The notes under the pieces: model-generated
Told to the model about the DNA's origin: nothing
What the model saw: the letters and a program-made list of their open reading frames with translations, nothing else
Database searches by the model: none
Made by a program: the position numbers and the translations under genes
Part shown: in pieces, positions 45,258 to 54,876 of the stretch
Layout: each line of letters opens with the position of its first letter
Numbering within the stretch: position 1 is the stretch's first letter
Origin: a virus
Length of the DNA stretch: 64,000 bases
IMG/VR virus record: IMGVR_UViG_3300032245_001163
Direction: 5' to 3' (one strand)

Positions 45258-45866
45258 TTATCCTCTTGGGTTAGCGCCAGTGGCTGGCTTGGGTGGGCGA
45301 TTGATCTTGGTCATTGGGCTTTTATCGCCTTGAGCAATTTCATTTGTGGTCTTGGCTGCGGGTGTTTTACCGCCAGCAATGGTAAAGTCTGAGCGATATG
45401 CGTTTTTCAACACAGCATGGTCATAAGGACCAGTTGCGTAGTCTTTCTTCAATGCCTTTTGTTCTGCGTCAGGCACAGGATAATCTGTTTTGTCCAACAG
45501 GTCTTTGTTTTGACTGTCAATTCGTTCATACTCATCAACAAGCCCATCCACGTGTGGGGTGGTCTGCATGATGATGTGATTGGGGTCAAGGCCCAACAAC
45601 TGTGCCAGTTGTTTGATCTGTGGCTCAATGGCTGGATACTTGAAACTTACATCAAACATTGTTACACTGTCATTTTTGTTGTTGGGGAAGTCAGTGGGAA
45701 TGATCTGTATAGGAGTGGTCCGAGGATCACTCATTTTAACAGGATCAAATTGATCCAACTTTTTCTTCAACTGCGATACCAAATCACCGGACGGTTTGCC
45801 CAGTATTTTGATACGATAGTTGTATGTACGTTCGCTTTCGGCGAGGTAATGGGCAAAATTTTTCAT
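45258..45866 (-). CDS. putative head protein
   Basis: MKNFAHYLAE start after late TAAATA (45884-45889) and AGGA RBS. Confidence 0.6.
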   Translation of the reverse strand: MKNFAHYLAESERTYNYRIKILGKPSGDLVSQLKKKLDQFDPVKMSDPRTTPIQIIPTDFPNNKNDSVTMFDVSFKYPAIEPQIKQLAQLLGLDPNHIIMQTTPHVDGLVDEYERIDSQNKDLLDKTDYPVPDAEQKALKKDYATGPYDHAVLKNAYRSDFTIAGGKTPAAKTTNEIAQGDKSPMTKINRPPKPATGANPRG

Positions 45867-45886
45867 ATCAGGTTCCTGTAACATAT

Positions 45887-46408
45887 TTATTCTTTTTTAT
45901 CTTTTTGATCTTTGCTGGCTAACAAACGTTCCAAAAGATCATTGCGACTCAATACCATGCCCTGTGCAGTTTGCATGGCTTCGCCGCCACCTGCTTCTGC
46001 TGCTTTGGCATCTATTGCCGCTTGTTGTTGATCCAGTCGCATTTTCTTCAACTGTAGATCAATCATTTTCAATTTCTTGTCCATTTTGGCAGTTTTTGCT
46101 GTGATGGCATGCCCCAGCATGTTGCTGGCTACACTGAATATTTCGCTGGCAAATCTTGAATCCACCTGCATGCCTAGATCCATAAGATCGTTGTAACTGC
46201 TTTTGGCCAAGTCGGCTAGGCCGTCCATTTCTTCGTCGTTGGCTTCTAGCCCACGCACACCTGGCAAGGCCTGATCAATTTTGTCTATGTTGTCGTCTAG
46301 TGTTTGCAGTTGACTGCGCAGGTCTTCTGCAGGTGCAGGATTGGCATCAACTGCTGGAGCATGGTCAGATGGGGGTAATTCAAAAAGTTCTTCGAGTTTG
46401 CGGGTCAT
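45887..46408 (-). CDS. terminase small subunit-like (gp16-like)
   Basis: Helical; LMDLGMQVDSRFASEIFSVA pattern and SRNDLL C-terminus; late promoter. Confidence 0.55.
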   Translation of the reverse strand: MTRKLEELFELPPSDHAPAVDANPAPAEDLRSQLQTLDDNIDKIDQALPGVRGLEANDEEMDGLADLAKSSYNDLMDLGMQVDSRFASEIFSVASNMLGHAITAKTAKMDKKLKMIDLQLKKMRLDQQQAAIDAKAAEAGGGEAMQTAQGMVLSRNDLLERLLASKDQKDKKE

Positions 46409-46422
46409 GCCCTATTTAGTGG

Positions 46423-46854
46423 TCAAGCACGACCGTTGTGAAACATATCACTTTCTGTGATAACTCTAAAAGTCAAGCCGTTTTTTCTAGCCCAGCGTGT
46501 GGCAGCGTCCCACTTGGCATAGTTGATGGCTACTACAGCCCGGTCCCGGCTGTTCATTTTTGACTCAATCACGCTTTGACTTTTGGGCTTGATTTCGATC
46601 AACTCGGCTCGCACAGTGTTGTCCCGGTTGCGATAAGTGATCAAGAAGTCCGGAATATACTGGGTCATTTTGCCTGTTATGGGATGGCGGTAAGGTATAG
46701 CGATGCTTTCTGACGCCCATTGCAACACATGATCATTGGTGTCGCAAAACTTCATAAAACTAAGTTCCCATCCTGATCTGTAGCGCGGTGTGCCATTGCC
46801 CGCATACTTTTCACGATTGATTATGACATAGTTGCCTTGTGCCCAACGACTCAT
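46423..46854 (-). CDS. head completion nuclease (T4 gp4-like)
   Basis: KYAG...YRSGWE, WASE, YIPDF, EIKP, NYAKW, ITE. Confidence 0.88.
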   Translation of the reverse strand: MSRWAQGNYVIINREKYAGNGTPRYRSGWELSFMKFCDTNDHVLQWASESIAIPYRHPITGKMTQYIPDFLITYRNRDNTVRAELIEIKPKSQSVIESKMNSRDRAVVAINYAKWDAATRWARKNGLTFRVITESDMFHNGRA

Positions 46855-47210
46855 AGCAGTACGTTTCTGGCCTGATAAAAGTTGGGTACCACTGCACTAC
46901 CCACACCCAACAAGGTAGCGGCACTGCGAATGGCATTGAGATAGTAGGCTAAACTGGCACTGAGATTGATACCGTTTGTACCTTTGAACTCGTCCAACAG
47001 TGTCAAGGGTGGTATGCCAGTGTTTTCTGCCACTCTAAACAAGCTCACTGTAAAATTACCAGCAGCCTGGCGAGTAGTCATTGTACTCAAAAAATAACTG
47101 TACACAATGTCATACTCTGCCGCAGGCACATTGGCTTCGTAGGCATAGAAGTTGTCAAAAACTCTGACAGTTAGATCTAAATTGGGGTTGGTATAATTTA
47201 CAGTGCTCAT
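46851..47210 (-). CDS. hypothetical late protein
   Basis: 119 aa; TAAATA at 47218-47223. Confidence 0.7.
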   Translation of the reverse strand: MSTVNYTNPNLDLTVRVFDNFYAYEANVPAAEYDIVYSYFLSTMTTRQAAGNFTVSLFRVAENTGIPPLTLLDEFKGTNGINLSASLAYYLNAIRSAATLLGVGSAVVPNFYQARNVLL

Positions 47211-47237
47211 GGTGTTGTATTTAATAACCTATTGGTG

Positions 47238-48443
47238 TTAGCCCAATGGATTGTTAACAGGGTTTCTTCTAGCAGCGGTTTGTGTGGGGAAAATCCAACC
47301 ATCAGCTTTGTTGGCCACTGCTCGTGTGGCAGCAGGCAGGCCTTGTTTGAGAGTTTGTGTGCCCAGAGACACTGCTTCACTCTTGGCAATGGCAGCAAGA
47401 TTCTTGCCTTTGAATGTTTGATTGAGTCGCGCTGCTTTTTGTGCAGCGCCAATAAGACCCAGTACACTGCCACTTTGCAAATCGCCAATGATGCCTGCGC
47501 CTGTTTCCAACAAGCCGCCTTGACCAAACACTGTGGCGTTTGAACCTGGTCTAGCAATGGGACTGAGTTCTTTGTCATAGTGTGCATCTGTGGCAAAACC
47601 TTGCACATTGGGGTCTCCGCCTGATTGTGCTCGTCCCACTGCGCCTGAATAGTATTTTACAGTTTCATAAGCAATGCTCATTGAGTTTTGCATGGTGCCA
47701 GCACCGTCATAATAGTTGTACTGGTCATGACTCCAACTGGTAATCAAGGGATTGATCAACACATACTCAGCAAACTTGCGTTGGTCTAATCCGTAGATTC
47801 TTATGTCTCTAAAAAATGCAGGCTTGCCGCCAGCAACGCCAGCAGTGCTTCCGTCATTGAATGCTTCGCCGATAAAGCCCCAGTCGTTGACATTGCCCAC
47901 ACGTTCTTTGGCATAGATGTCTCTGGCGTTGTAGCCAAAGCCTGCTTGGCGTTGTGCGTCAAACCCATTGGCGCCATTGGTATTGTTGGGGTCAAGATAT
48001 CTCTGTGAAGAATCTTTGTAGTAATAATTCATGTAATAATACCACATCTTGCGAATCAAATCACCGCTGGTATCATGAAACACCACATTTATTGGCTCGT
48101 AGTTGAGTTTTTTCTGTATGATTCTTTTGCGATTGTACTGATTTAAAGTTTCGTGTTCAATGCTGTACTTTGGTAAATCAATTTGTTTTACTGCTAAACT
48201 TAAATTGTTCTGATCATCATTGCTAAACGCACCTCGCAAGAAAGGTACCTGATCTGTGTTCAGCGTAAAACTAACATGGAAAAGGAACTTGTATCGAGGC
48301 TTGAGTTCGTAAGCGTTGGTGGTAAATGTACGGCTTGCGTGTTGGTAATCACGCAAGATGTTGTTGCCTAGGAAACCACTTTTTAAATTTCCGCCAAAAT
48401 TTGGATCTATACCTTTAAGGAAGTCTTGTCCAAAAAATGACAT
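47238..48443 (-). CDS. tail-tube-fold protein (tube initiator/baseplate hub-like)
   Basis: IDLPKY..E.LNQYNRK...YEPINVVFHD, SIAYE; follows the tube gene. Confidence 0.65.
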   Translation of the reverse strand: MSFFGQDFLKGIDPNFGGNLKSGFLGNNILRDYQHASRTFTTNAYELKPRYKFLFHVSFTLNTDQVPFLRGAFSNDDQNNLSLAVKQIDLPKYSIEHETLNQYNRKRIIQKKLNYEPINVVFHDTSGDLIRKMWYYYMNYYYKDSSQRYLDPNNTNGANGFDAQRQAGFGYNARDIYAKERVGNVNDWGFIGEAFNDGSTAGVAGGKPAFFRDIRIYGLDQRKFAEYVLINPLITSWSHDQYNYYDGAGTMQNSMSIAYETVKYYSGAVGRAQSGGDPNVQGFATDAHYDKELSPIARPGSNATVFGQGGLLETGAGIIGDLQSGSVLGLIGAAQKAARLNQTFKGKNLAAIAKSEAVSLGTQTLKQGLPAATRAVANKADGWIFPTQTAARRNPVNNPLG

Positions 48444-48445
48444 GT

Positions 48446-49072
48446 TTAGACACCTGCGCCGGTTACCACATCGCCTATAGTTCTACCAATTTCGGTACCA
48501 ACTCCAGTGCCTTCAGGTGTTTGGTTGGCATTATCGTATATGATGGTCATGGTGATTGATACTGGAGCATTTTCACTGTAGTTCAATGCGCCATAATCAG
48601 CACCACTGAGGTAGCAGCCATACAATTCCCAGGTTTCAAGTACCACAGGAGTGTTGGCACCGTTGCCGCCATCAAGAATTTCAACTTTGGTTGTGAACTT
48701 GTAGTCAATACCAGAAGCGGCACTACTCATTTCCAAGAAGTCCATTTGTTTCTGCAACTGTTCACCAATCAACTTGCTCACAGCGCCCGAAGCATCATCA
48801 CGTATCTCGCATGATGTTGGTGCCCATGAGTGCTTGCCAGCCAAGTTCAACTTTGAATTGTAGATTGGAATTTCTATGTTTTCAAATGTCAAATTAGGTC
48901 TAGCAAAACTTATGACTTGCTTGGTTAATTCTGTTCTTGGTGTGCTCACACCAAAATTTTCAAACATCACTCTAAAGCGATATTTGAGTTTGGGCATCAA
49001 CAGACCCTGTGTTGGCGAACTTTGATCGCTGGCCAAGGGTACTGTCATTCTCTGTAATGATGAAACTGCCAT
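48446..49072 (-). CDS. tail tube protein (gp19-like)
   Basis: RFRV, RPNLTF, LAGKHSW, WELYGCY; directly after the sheath. Confidence 0.85.
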   Translation of the reverse strand: MAVSSLQRMTVPLASDQSSPTQGLLMPKLKYRFRVMFENFGVSTPRTELTKQVISFARPNLTFENIEIPIYNSKLNLAGKHSWAPTSCEIRDDASGAVSKLIGEQLQKQMDFLEMSSAASGIDYKFTTKVEILDGGNGANTPVVLETWELYGCYLSGADYGALNYSENAPVSITMTIIYDNANQTPEGTGVGTEIGRTIGDVVTGAGV

Positions 49073-49108
49073 TTGTTATATCTCCTGTTGTGTTTATTTA
49101 CCTAATTC

Positions 49109-49136
49109 AATGACCGGTCGAAACCGGTCATTTTTT
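49109..49136. terminator. 10-bp hairpin between sheath and tube genes
   Basis: AATGACCGGT-cgaa-ACCGGTCATT; T tract on the plus strand, UUCG loop on the minus strand. Confidence 0.7.
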
Positions 49137-49138
49137 CA

Positions 49139-52100
49139 TCAAGCATTGAGTCCTGAAATTTCTCCAGTGTTCTTGATACGCAATGGAATGTAGATAAATT
49201 CAACTGCCTTAACTGGTTCAATAGCAACGTCCACCCACAACTCGTTGCGGTCAATACGTGCAGGAGTGTTATTGCTCAAATCGCAAACAACCAAATAGTC
49301 ATAGATCGCACGTTTAGCAATCAAGTCAATCATCAAACTGTTAACAGTATTGGTGATCTCGTTGCGGGTGATCTGATCATTGGGTTCAAACAAGTACAGT
49401 TTGCCAATTTCTTCTAAGCGTCCGCGCAAGAAGCAGATCAGTCGTGCAACGTTGATACGATCCAGTGCTGTTGTAGCACCTTGACGTGTTTTATTACCAA
49501 AGTTTGTGATACCAATACCGGGGATAAAGGTAATTGGGTTGATATTGTTTTCATACAATATGTCACGCACGCCTTGTCCCACTGCTAACTGTACAAATTC
49601 GCCAGTTTGTGCGTTGATATAACCAATGGCATCAGCGTTGTCTACCACACCACGGCGTGTACCAGCAGGTGCCAACCATGGATAACTCACTGCATCGCTG
49701 CGCAGAATTGTGCGCACCATCATGTGTGTTGGAGGTGCTACCACAGCGTTGCCTGACAAGTCTGTGGTCTGGCATGAAGGATAGAACACAGCAGCATAAG
49801 CACTGCCAATGGTCAAGCCATCATCTGTTGGCACACCAAGTCCGTTGTTGTTGGTAGCATGTGTTACCAGATCAGTACCACTGTTTGACAAGCGCATTGG
49901 TGTATCGCCCACAACAAACAGTGTGTTAGCACGTTCATTGCTGAGTGCAACCAAATTGGTCAACAATTCAGGATAACCAGGAGCAGCAATCAAGTTGAAT
50001 TGATTTTGTTCTTCACGTGCAGCCAGGCTGGTATCAATACCAGACTTCATTGCAGCCACAATCAATTTGCGTTGTGCCAAACGACCAGCATACATTGCAC
50101 CATCGTCTTTGTTGCCTGATGCAGTGAGCCAGGTATTGGTCACCGCAGGCAGTGTGTCGTCAGGGAATGTGGTTGAGTTAAAGTAATTGCTTTGGAAACT
50201 CTTGACATTGTAGCCTGAACGACGTGTGTTCCACAACAACATACCTTGGGGGTACAGTGCAGGATCAGGAGCGTCCAAGTCCAAGTAATCACTGGTCAAC
50301 AAACTTTCAATTGTGGGGAATGGGTCTGCCACTGGATCGGTTGTGCCGTTTGGTGCCCAACGTGCGTCTGCAAACAAAATACCGTTTGAAGTAATCTGGT
50401 CAGTGGTATCCACTGCTACCCATTGATCGGTTCCGCTGACCTGTTCCCAACGATACATCTTGGGATAGTTTTCAAGATCGCTTGAATCAATCCACAAATC
50501 GCCGTATTGCAGTGGACTTTCGGCTGCATCATTTTGTGTTAAAGGTTCGGTGGCAGCAATGATAGGACCTGAAGCATTGGTCAATGTCAAATCAAAACCA
50601 CGTGTGTCGTTGGTAACATTTTGATAACCTTGCCATGTGCCATTGTCTTGGATCATGATGTCCACGTCGCTGATACTGCTGTAGTACCACAAACGACCAT
50701 CAGCTGGATTTTGATCAGGCGCAGTATCACTTGCTGTGTAGGAGAACAAATCAGCAGTGACCCAATTACTCAAAACCAAAAATCCAGCTGCCTGATCTTG
50801 GCGAACTTTTGGTGTAGGAGTTGATCCTGTCAATGTAAATCCTGCAGTGGTAACCGGTGTTCCTGTTATGTTATCCAAATAAATTGCACCGCCCTGACTG
50901 TGTGTGAACACAATGTTTCCGGCACTGTTGACACTGGCGCTTACATATGGAACGTTGGCTGCGCTGATATCGGTGATGAAAGAAGCAACACTGGTACCAC
51001 TCAATGTCACACTGTATGGTCCAGTGGTAGCATCTGATCCAGCTGAAGTAGCATAGATATTAAACTGATTACTTTGAACAAACAAACTGTCTCCATTGCT
51101 TCCAGGAGTAGTGATACCGGTTACAACTGTTGCACCCAATGCCACTCTTTCCAATAACAGGAAAGCAGCATTTTGATTAGGTGTGGTATTGTATGCTTCT
51201 GAATTGTACTGCACATAGGTGCTGCCAACTGGAATATTTTTACCACCTCCAGTGGGATCAAGTCCGTAGTTTGCTGCACCATCATATGAATAAACAGGAC
51301 TGCTTTGTGCAACCCATGTGTCTAATGCAGCACTGTATTGTTTTAATTTCAAACTCATGCCGTTGCTGGCAGTGCTGATATTTTGCCAAACTGATCCAGT
51401 TGGAGCAGGTGCTGTATCTGTGGTTCTCCAGCGTGGTGCTTGATAGCTGTAGCCTGGGAAATAACTTGGAGCACGATATTCAACCGGAGAAATACCTAAT
51501 GCAGTCAACAAAACAGGTTGTGTGCCTGGACTAGTACCAGTTTGGATACTGACAACACCACCATTGTCTGTGGATCCGTCATTGGTTGCAGAGCTGTCTG
51601 CATACAATGTCAATTTGTTGCTGACTGCTGCTGCTGTAATACCTGACGCTGCCAATGCAGAAGTTATGGCTGCGGCAAAAGCTGCCACTGTTGTGAGGGT
51701 GGCAGGTCCAACAGCACTAGGAACAGTAACCAACGTACCATTGATGTACATGTTAGATCCAGGCTGCAATCCAGCTCCTGACACTGAATTTGTACCTTGC
51801 ACTGTGGGCCATGAAGTTTTCCAATCGTCTGAGCCCAACAACACCCAATCATTGTCTGAATTTTTGTAGTAATTCTGATTGTTCAAACTTACAGCACTCA
51901 CAGCATAATCACCAATGCTGCCAATGGTGCTGATAGGAGTATAATCGCCAGTGGCATAATCAACCACATCTGCGGTGTCTGTGATCACAATAGGCACCTG
52001 GTTGGTGAATGTTGCGGCTGTTTGATCCCATTCAAATATGCCCCAGAGACTGGTACTGGTATCTAACCAGTATGTACCATTGTTGGGGTTGCCTGTGGGG

Positions 52101-52474
52101 CGAGTCAAACTTGCAGTTAGTTCTGTCAAGTCAATATCCACACGTTGAACATACGCACGGTTTGTAACACCCAGTGCTGAGTATGCTGCCAACAAGCCAT
52201 ATTCGTTGAGTTCATAACCATTGATAGGTGTGCCAGTTGTGGTGTTGTAAAAGAATGGCACACCAAATGTTGCTGCCAAATCACGTTGACTGGTGATGAG
52301 ATACGTTTTGTTTGCATTGGCAGCGGTTGTACCTGCTGCAACTCCGACTCCAGCAGCATCAGCTTTGTTTTGTGCGGTTGCTACTAAAAAGTAAGGGACT
52401 GTGTTTACAGCGGAAGGGATATACTGACTCTCGTCAATTACTGTTACTTCTACGCCTGGTGATACTAGTGCCAT
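49139..52474 (-). CDS. contractile tail sheath protein (gp18-like)
   Basis: MALVSPGVEV, PWLAPAG..RG, NINPI, DRINVARL, FEPND, IEPVKAVEFIYI. Confidence 0.95.
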   Translation of the reverse strand: MALVSPGVEVTVIDESQYIPSAVNTVPYFLVATAQNKADAAGVGVAAGTTAANANKTYLITSQRDLAATFGVPFFYNTTTGTPINGYELNEYGLLAAYSALGVTNRAYVQRVDIDLTELTASLTRPTGNPNNGTYWLDTSTSLWGIFEWDQTAATFTNQVPIVITDTADVVDYATGDYTPISTIGSIGDYAVSAVSLNNQNYYKNSDNDWVLLGSDDWKTSWPTVQGTNSVSGAGLQPGSNMYINGTLVTVPSAVGPATLTTVAAFAAAITSALAASGITAAAVSNKLTLYADSSATNDGSTDNGGVVSIQTGTSPGTQPVLLTALGISPVEYRAPSYFPGYSYQAPRWRTTDTAPAPTGSVWQNISTASNGMSLKLKQYSAALDTWVAQSSPVYSYDGAANYGLDPTGGGKNIPVGSTYVQYNSEAYNTTPNQNAAFLLLERVALGATVVTGITTPGSNGDSLFVQSNQFNIYATSAGSDATTGPYSVTLSGTSVASFITDISAANVPYVSASVNSAGNIVFTHSQGGAIYLDNITGTPVTTAGFTLTGSTPTPKVRQDQAAGFLVLSNWVTADLFSYTASDTAPDQNPADGRLWYYSSISDVDIMIQDNGTWQGYQNVTNDTRGFDLTLTNASGPIIAATEPLTQNDAAESPLQYGDLWIDSSDLENYPKMYRWEQVSGTDQWVAVDTTDQITSNGILFADARWAPNGTTDPVADPFPTIESLLTSDYLDLDAPDPALYPQGMLLWNTRRSGYNVKSFQSNYFNSTTFPDDTLPAVTNTWLTASGNKDDGAMYAGRLAQRKLIVAAMKSGIDTSLAAREEQNQFNLIAAPGYPELLTNLVALSNERANTLFVVGDTPMRLSNSGTDLVTHATNNNGLGVPTDDGLTIGSAYAAVFYPSCQTTDLSGNAVVAPPTHMMVRTILRSDAVSYPWLAPAGTRRGVVDNADAIGYINAQTGEFVQLAVGQGVRDILYENNINPITFIPGIGITNFGNKTRQGATTALDRINVARLICFLRGRLEEIGKLYLFEPNDQITRNEITNTVNSLMIDLIAKRAIYDYLVVCDLSNNTPARIDRNELWVDVAIEPVKAVEFIYIPLRIKNTGEISGLNA

Positions 52475-52499
52475 GGTTGGTTCCTTTTCAAGTTATTGA

Positions 52500-52507
52500 T
52501 ATTTATA
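52500..52507 (-). promoter_or_regulatory. late promoter TATAAATA of sheath
   Basis: Exact T4 late consensus; divergent TAAATA at 52561-52566 on the plus strand. Confidence 0.8.
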
Positions 52508-52570
52508 GGCATACCCAAAAAAACCCAGTTTATGCTGCCCTTTGGCAAAGGTCCAGCCCATAAATACCCC

Positions 52571-52915
52571 ATGAGACCTATATGTAAAGCCTGCAATCAA
52601 CGCCCTTGTGCTGTGAATTACATCCGAGAAGATATCACACACTATCGCAGCCGATGCGAAACTTGCCAACGCAAGAACAAAGGAATCAAACCTAGAGAGC
52701 CGCGGTGGAAATCCTCAGGCTACAAGAAAAAACCCGCATGTGATAGATGCGGGTTCAAAGCAAGAATTGCCAGTCAGTTGTTAGTGTATCACATTGATGG
52801 TGATCTCAACAATGCCACTGTAAGAAACTTGCGAACAGTTTGTCGTAATTGTGTGGAAGAAATCGCCCGAGTAGAAGTTACTTGGCGGGCGGGTGATCTT
52901 GAACCAGACGCTTGA
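52571..52915 (+). CDS. zinc-binding HNH-like protein
   Basis: Four CxxC pairs; YHIDGDLNN...NLRTVCRNC; ATG 4 nt after TAAATA. Confidence 0.7.
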   Translation: MRPICKACNQRPCAVNYIREDITHYRSRCETCQRKNKGIKPREPRWKSSGYKKKPACDRCGFKARIASQLLVYHIDGDLNNATVRNLRTVCRNCVEEIARVEVTWRAGDLEPDA

Positions 52916-53528
52916 CTTGTTGATACAAGTCATCTAGTGTGCCGTTGTTGTCCAACACTACGTCAAACTTTGTGCCCACCCAGGACGTTTCACTAGCATG
53001 CACACCCAGTTGATCCAGTCGGCGCCCACTCAATGCCCAGGTTGAGTTGCCATTGGGTCCACGATTTACACTCACAGCCGCATCGTACCACTCGGGCTCA
53101 GGACCACGCACCACACGCACCACTATGCCACCTGATTGTTTGATGGCTTGAATTTCGTTGGGAAATCTGCAATCGCTTATGACAACATCGTCCCGGCTGT
53201 TGCGCAGTTTGTTTTCCAAGCTGGCAATCCAGATGTCATCGTGAAAGTTCTTGCGGCATACTTCTGTACCCCACTGCTGTAGTATATAACGGGGAGTTAG
53301 ATGTGGTATGCCCAGGCGTTGAGCCCACCATGGGTCCACTTGCTCACGCCACTCACGGGCCATCTTTGTGCGCCCTTCCAGCATGGTTCTGTCCCAGCCA
53401 AACACCTGTGCCACTGCATCTTTGAGTGTGTTGGCAAAACTTTCACGTCGGAAGTGATGTAAATTTACAAGATAGTCTGCAATAGTGTCTTTGCCTGAAC
53501 CAATAAATCCACAAATTCCAATGATCAT
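52878..53528 (-). CDS. deoxynucleoside monophosphate kinase (T4 gp1-like)
   Basis: IGICGFIGSGKDT, SFANTLK, TPRYILQQWGTE, SDCRFPNE, HASE. Confidence 0.92.
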   Translation of the reverse strand: MIIGICGFIGSGKDTIADYLVNLHHFRRESFANTLKDAVAQVFGWDRTMLEGRTKMAREWREQVDPWWAQRLGIPHLTPRYILQQWGTEVCRKNFHDDIWIASLENKLRNSRDDVVISDCRFPNEIQAIKQSGGIVVRVVRGPEPEWYDAAVSVNRGPNGNSTWALSGRRLDQLGVHASETSWVGTKFDVVLDNNGTLDDLYQQVKRLVQDHPPAK

Positions 53529-54043
53529 GCCAGTTCCTTGATGTTTAAATGTTGCAAGGTTGCTTGTAGCAAGTCGATTTGTCTGCGGCAGTCCTCCAGC
53601 GCATGATGACTGGTGGCTGGCTTGGGCAACCCTGGATACAAACTATATACCGTTCGTGCATCACGTATCTTATAATACTGCCATGGCAGGGGTTTACCAT
53701 AACTCTTGTAGGCATGCTCAAGGATGTTGGCATCGTATGTAGGACCGTTCATCCAGATGCGATTGCACTTCCAGCATAACCGGTGCAGTTCATCCAAGGC
53801 CTGATCCAAGGGTATACGTCCATCTTCTGCAAAGGCTTCGTCCTGTGCGGCTCCTTGGGTGGCCCACCAGTTTATGGTGCCTTGTTCAATGGTGCGATTT
53901 TCTTGGCTTTCAAGATCTATGCGGGCATAGTATTGATGCTGGTAGTAGCCAGAGCCAAGAGGGTCAAATGCCTGAGCCGCAATGGTTAAGATTGTTGATT
54001 CAGGGCCTGTGGCCAAACCTTCGATGTCGATCATTAAGTCCAT
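53525..54043 (-). CDS. DEDDh 3'-5' exonuclease (DexA/Rv2179c-like)
   Basis: MIDIEGL, WMNGPTYD, RDART, HHALEDC. Confidence 0.85.
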   Translation of the reverse strand: MDLMIDIEGLATGPESTILTIAAQAFDPLGSGYYQHQYYARIDLESQENRTIEQGTINWWATQGAAQDEAFAEDGRIPLDQALDELHRLCWKCNRIWMNGPTYDANILEHAYKSYGKPLPWQYYKIRDARTVYSLYPGLPKPATSHHALEDCRRQIDLLQATLQHLNIKELA

Positions 54044-54048
54044 GCTAC

Positions 54049-54077
54049 ATTATAGCAGGATTTTAGAAAAAAGTGTA
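54049..54077 (-). promoter_or_regulatory. extended -10 promoter, probably leaderless
   Basis: TGcTATAAT 5 nt before ATG 54043; weak -35 (TACACT). Confidence 0.6.
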
Positions 54078-54083
54078 TGCAGT

Positions 54084-54854
54084 TTAGCCAATAACGAATG
54101 TAAGAGGCTGCGAACCATCTACATACATTACCAATTGATTGATTAAAAGGTCCATTTCAATTTTGGCTTCTGATTTCATGGCAGTGCCATTTAGGGTGCC
54201 ACCACCTTGTGGTCCTGCAATTTGCCCAAATTTTTCACGAGCTTCACCAATGATCATTTTGCAGTTGGCTACCATGTAGTCCTTGATCCATTGGCTGATT
54301 TGATGATCACTGAGTAGGTTGAACTCAGGTTTCAAGTTATAGGTCCACAACAACACAGTTTCTCCTGACCCTTTGGGATCACGGATCAGTTGCAGTTTCT
54401 TGGTAACAGGATTCCAAGTGTAGTTCATGTACGCACCAAACATACGTCCAGCCAGTTCAATGTATTGAGTATAAAAATCGTAAGTGGCCAGACCGCCCGC
54501 TACATTGAAATTCATCAAGTACACGTTGATTGACGCTTGTGCAAACGGGTCAAAGTTTGATGCAAACGGTCCCGAACTGTCGCCAAATGTTCTACGGAAA
54601 ATTTGACGTACTGAAACTACTTCTTGAGGCAGTTCGTAAATGTTAACGTCAGACACCAACTGCATGAAACTATAACTTTCTTCATAGGCGTTGTTGGCTC
54701 GTTGGCGATAAGTGCCTATGGTTTTTTGATAAGCCGCTTCGTAGTGTGCTGGGTCTAGTTCTAGGTCAATGATATCACCGCCCAACTGAAGTTTAACATA
54801 TTCAATTAAGTTTTGCTTCAGTGTGGGCAGTGATTGTTGTTGCTGTTCTGGCAT
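54084..54854 (-). CDS. neck protein (gp13-like)
   Basis: LGGDIIDLEL, WIKDY, GEAREKF..IAGPQGGGTLNG, FVIG terminus; late TAAATA at 54874-54879. Confidence 0.8.
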   Translation of the reverse strand: MPEQQQQSLPTLKQNLIEYVKLQLGGDIIDLELDPAHYEAAYQKTIGTYRQRANNAYEESYSFMQLVSDVNIYELPQEVVSVRQIFRRTFGDSSGPFASNFDPFAQASINVYLMNFNVAGGLATYDFYTQYIELAGRMFGAYMNYTWNPVTKKLQLIRDPKGSGETVLLWTYNLKPEFNLLSDHQISQWIKDYMVANCKMIIGEAREKFGQIAGPQGGGTLNGTAMKSEAKIEMDLLINQLVMYVDGSQPLTFVIG

Positions 54855-54876
54855 GTGGGACTCCAAGTCCCTGTAT

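Noticed and set aside
47207-47608. 133-aa same-strand alternative-frame ORF
   Set aside because: It lies inside the tube-like gene and crosses the next late promoter.
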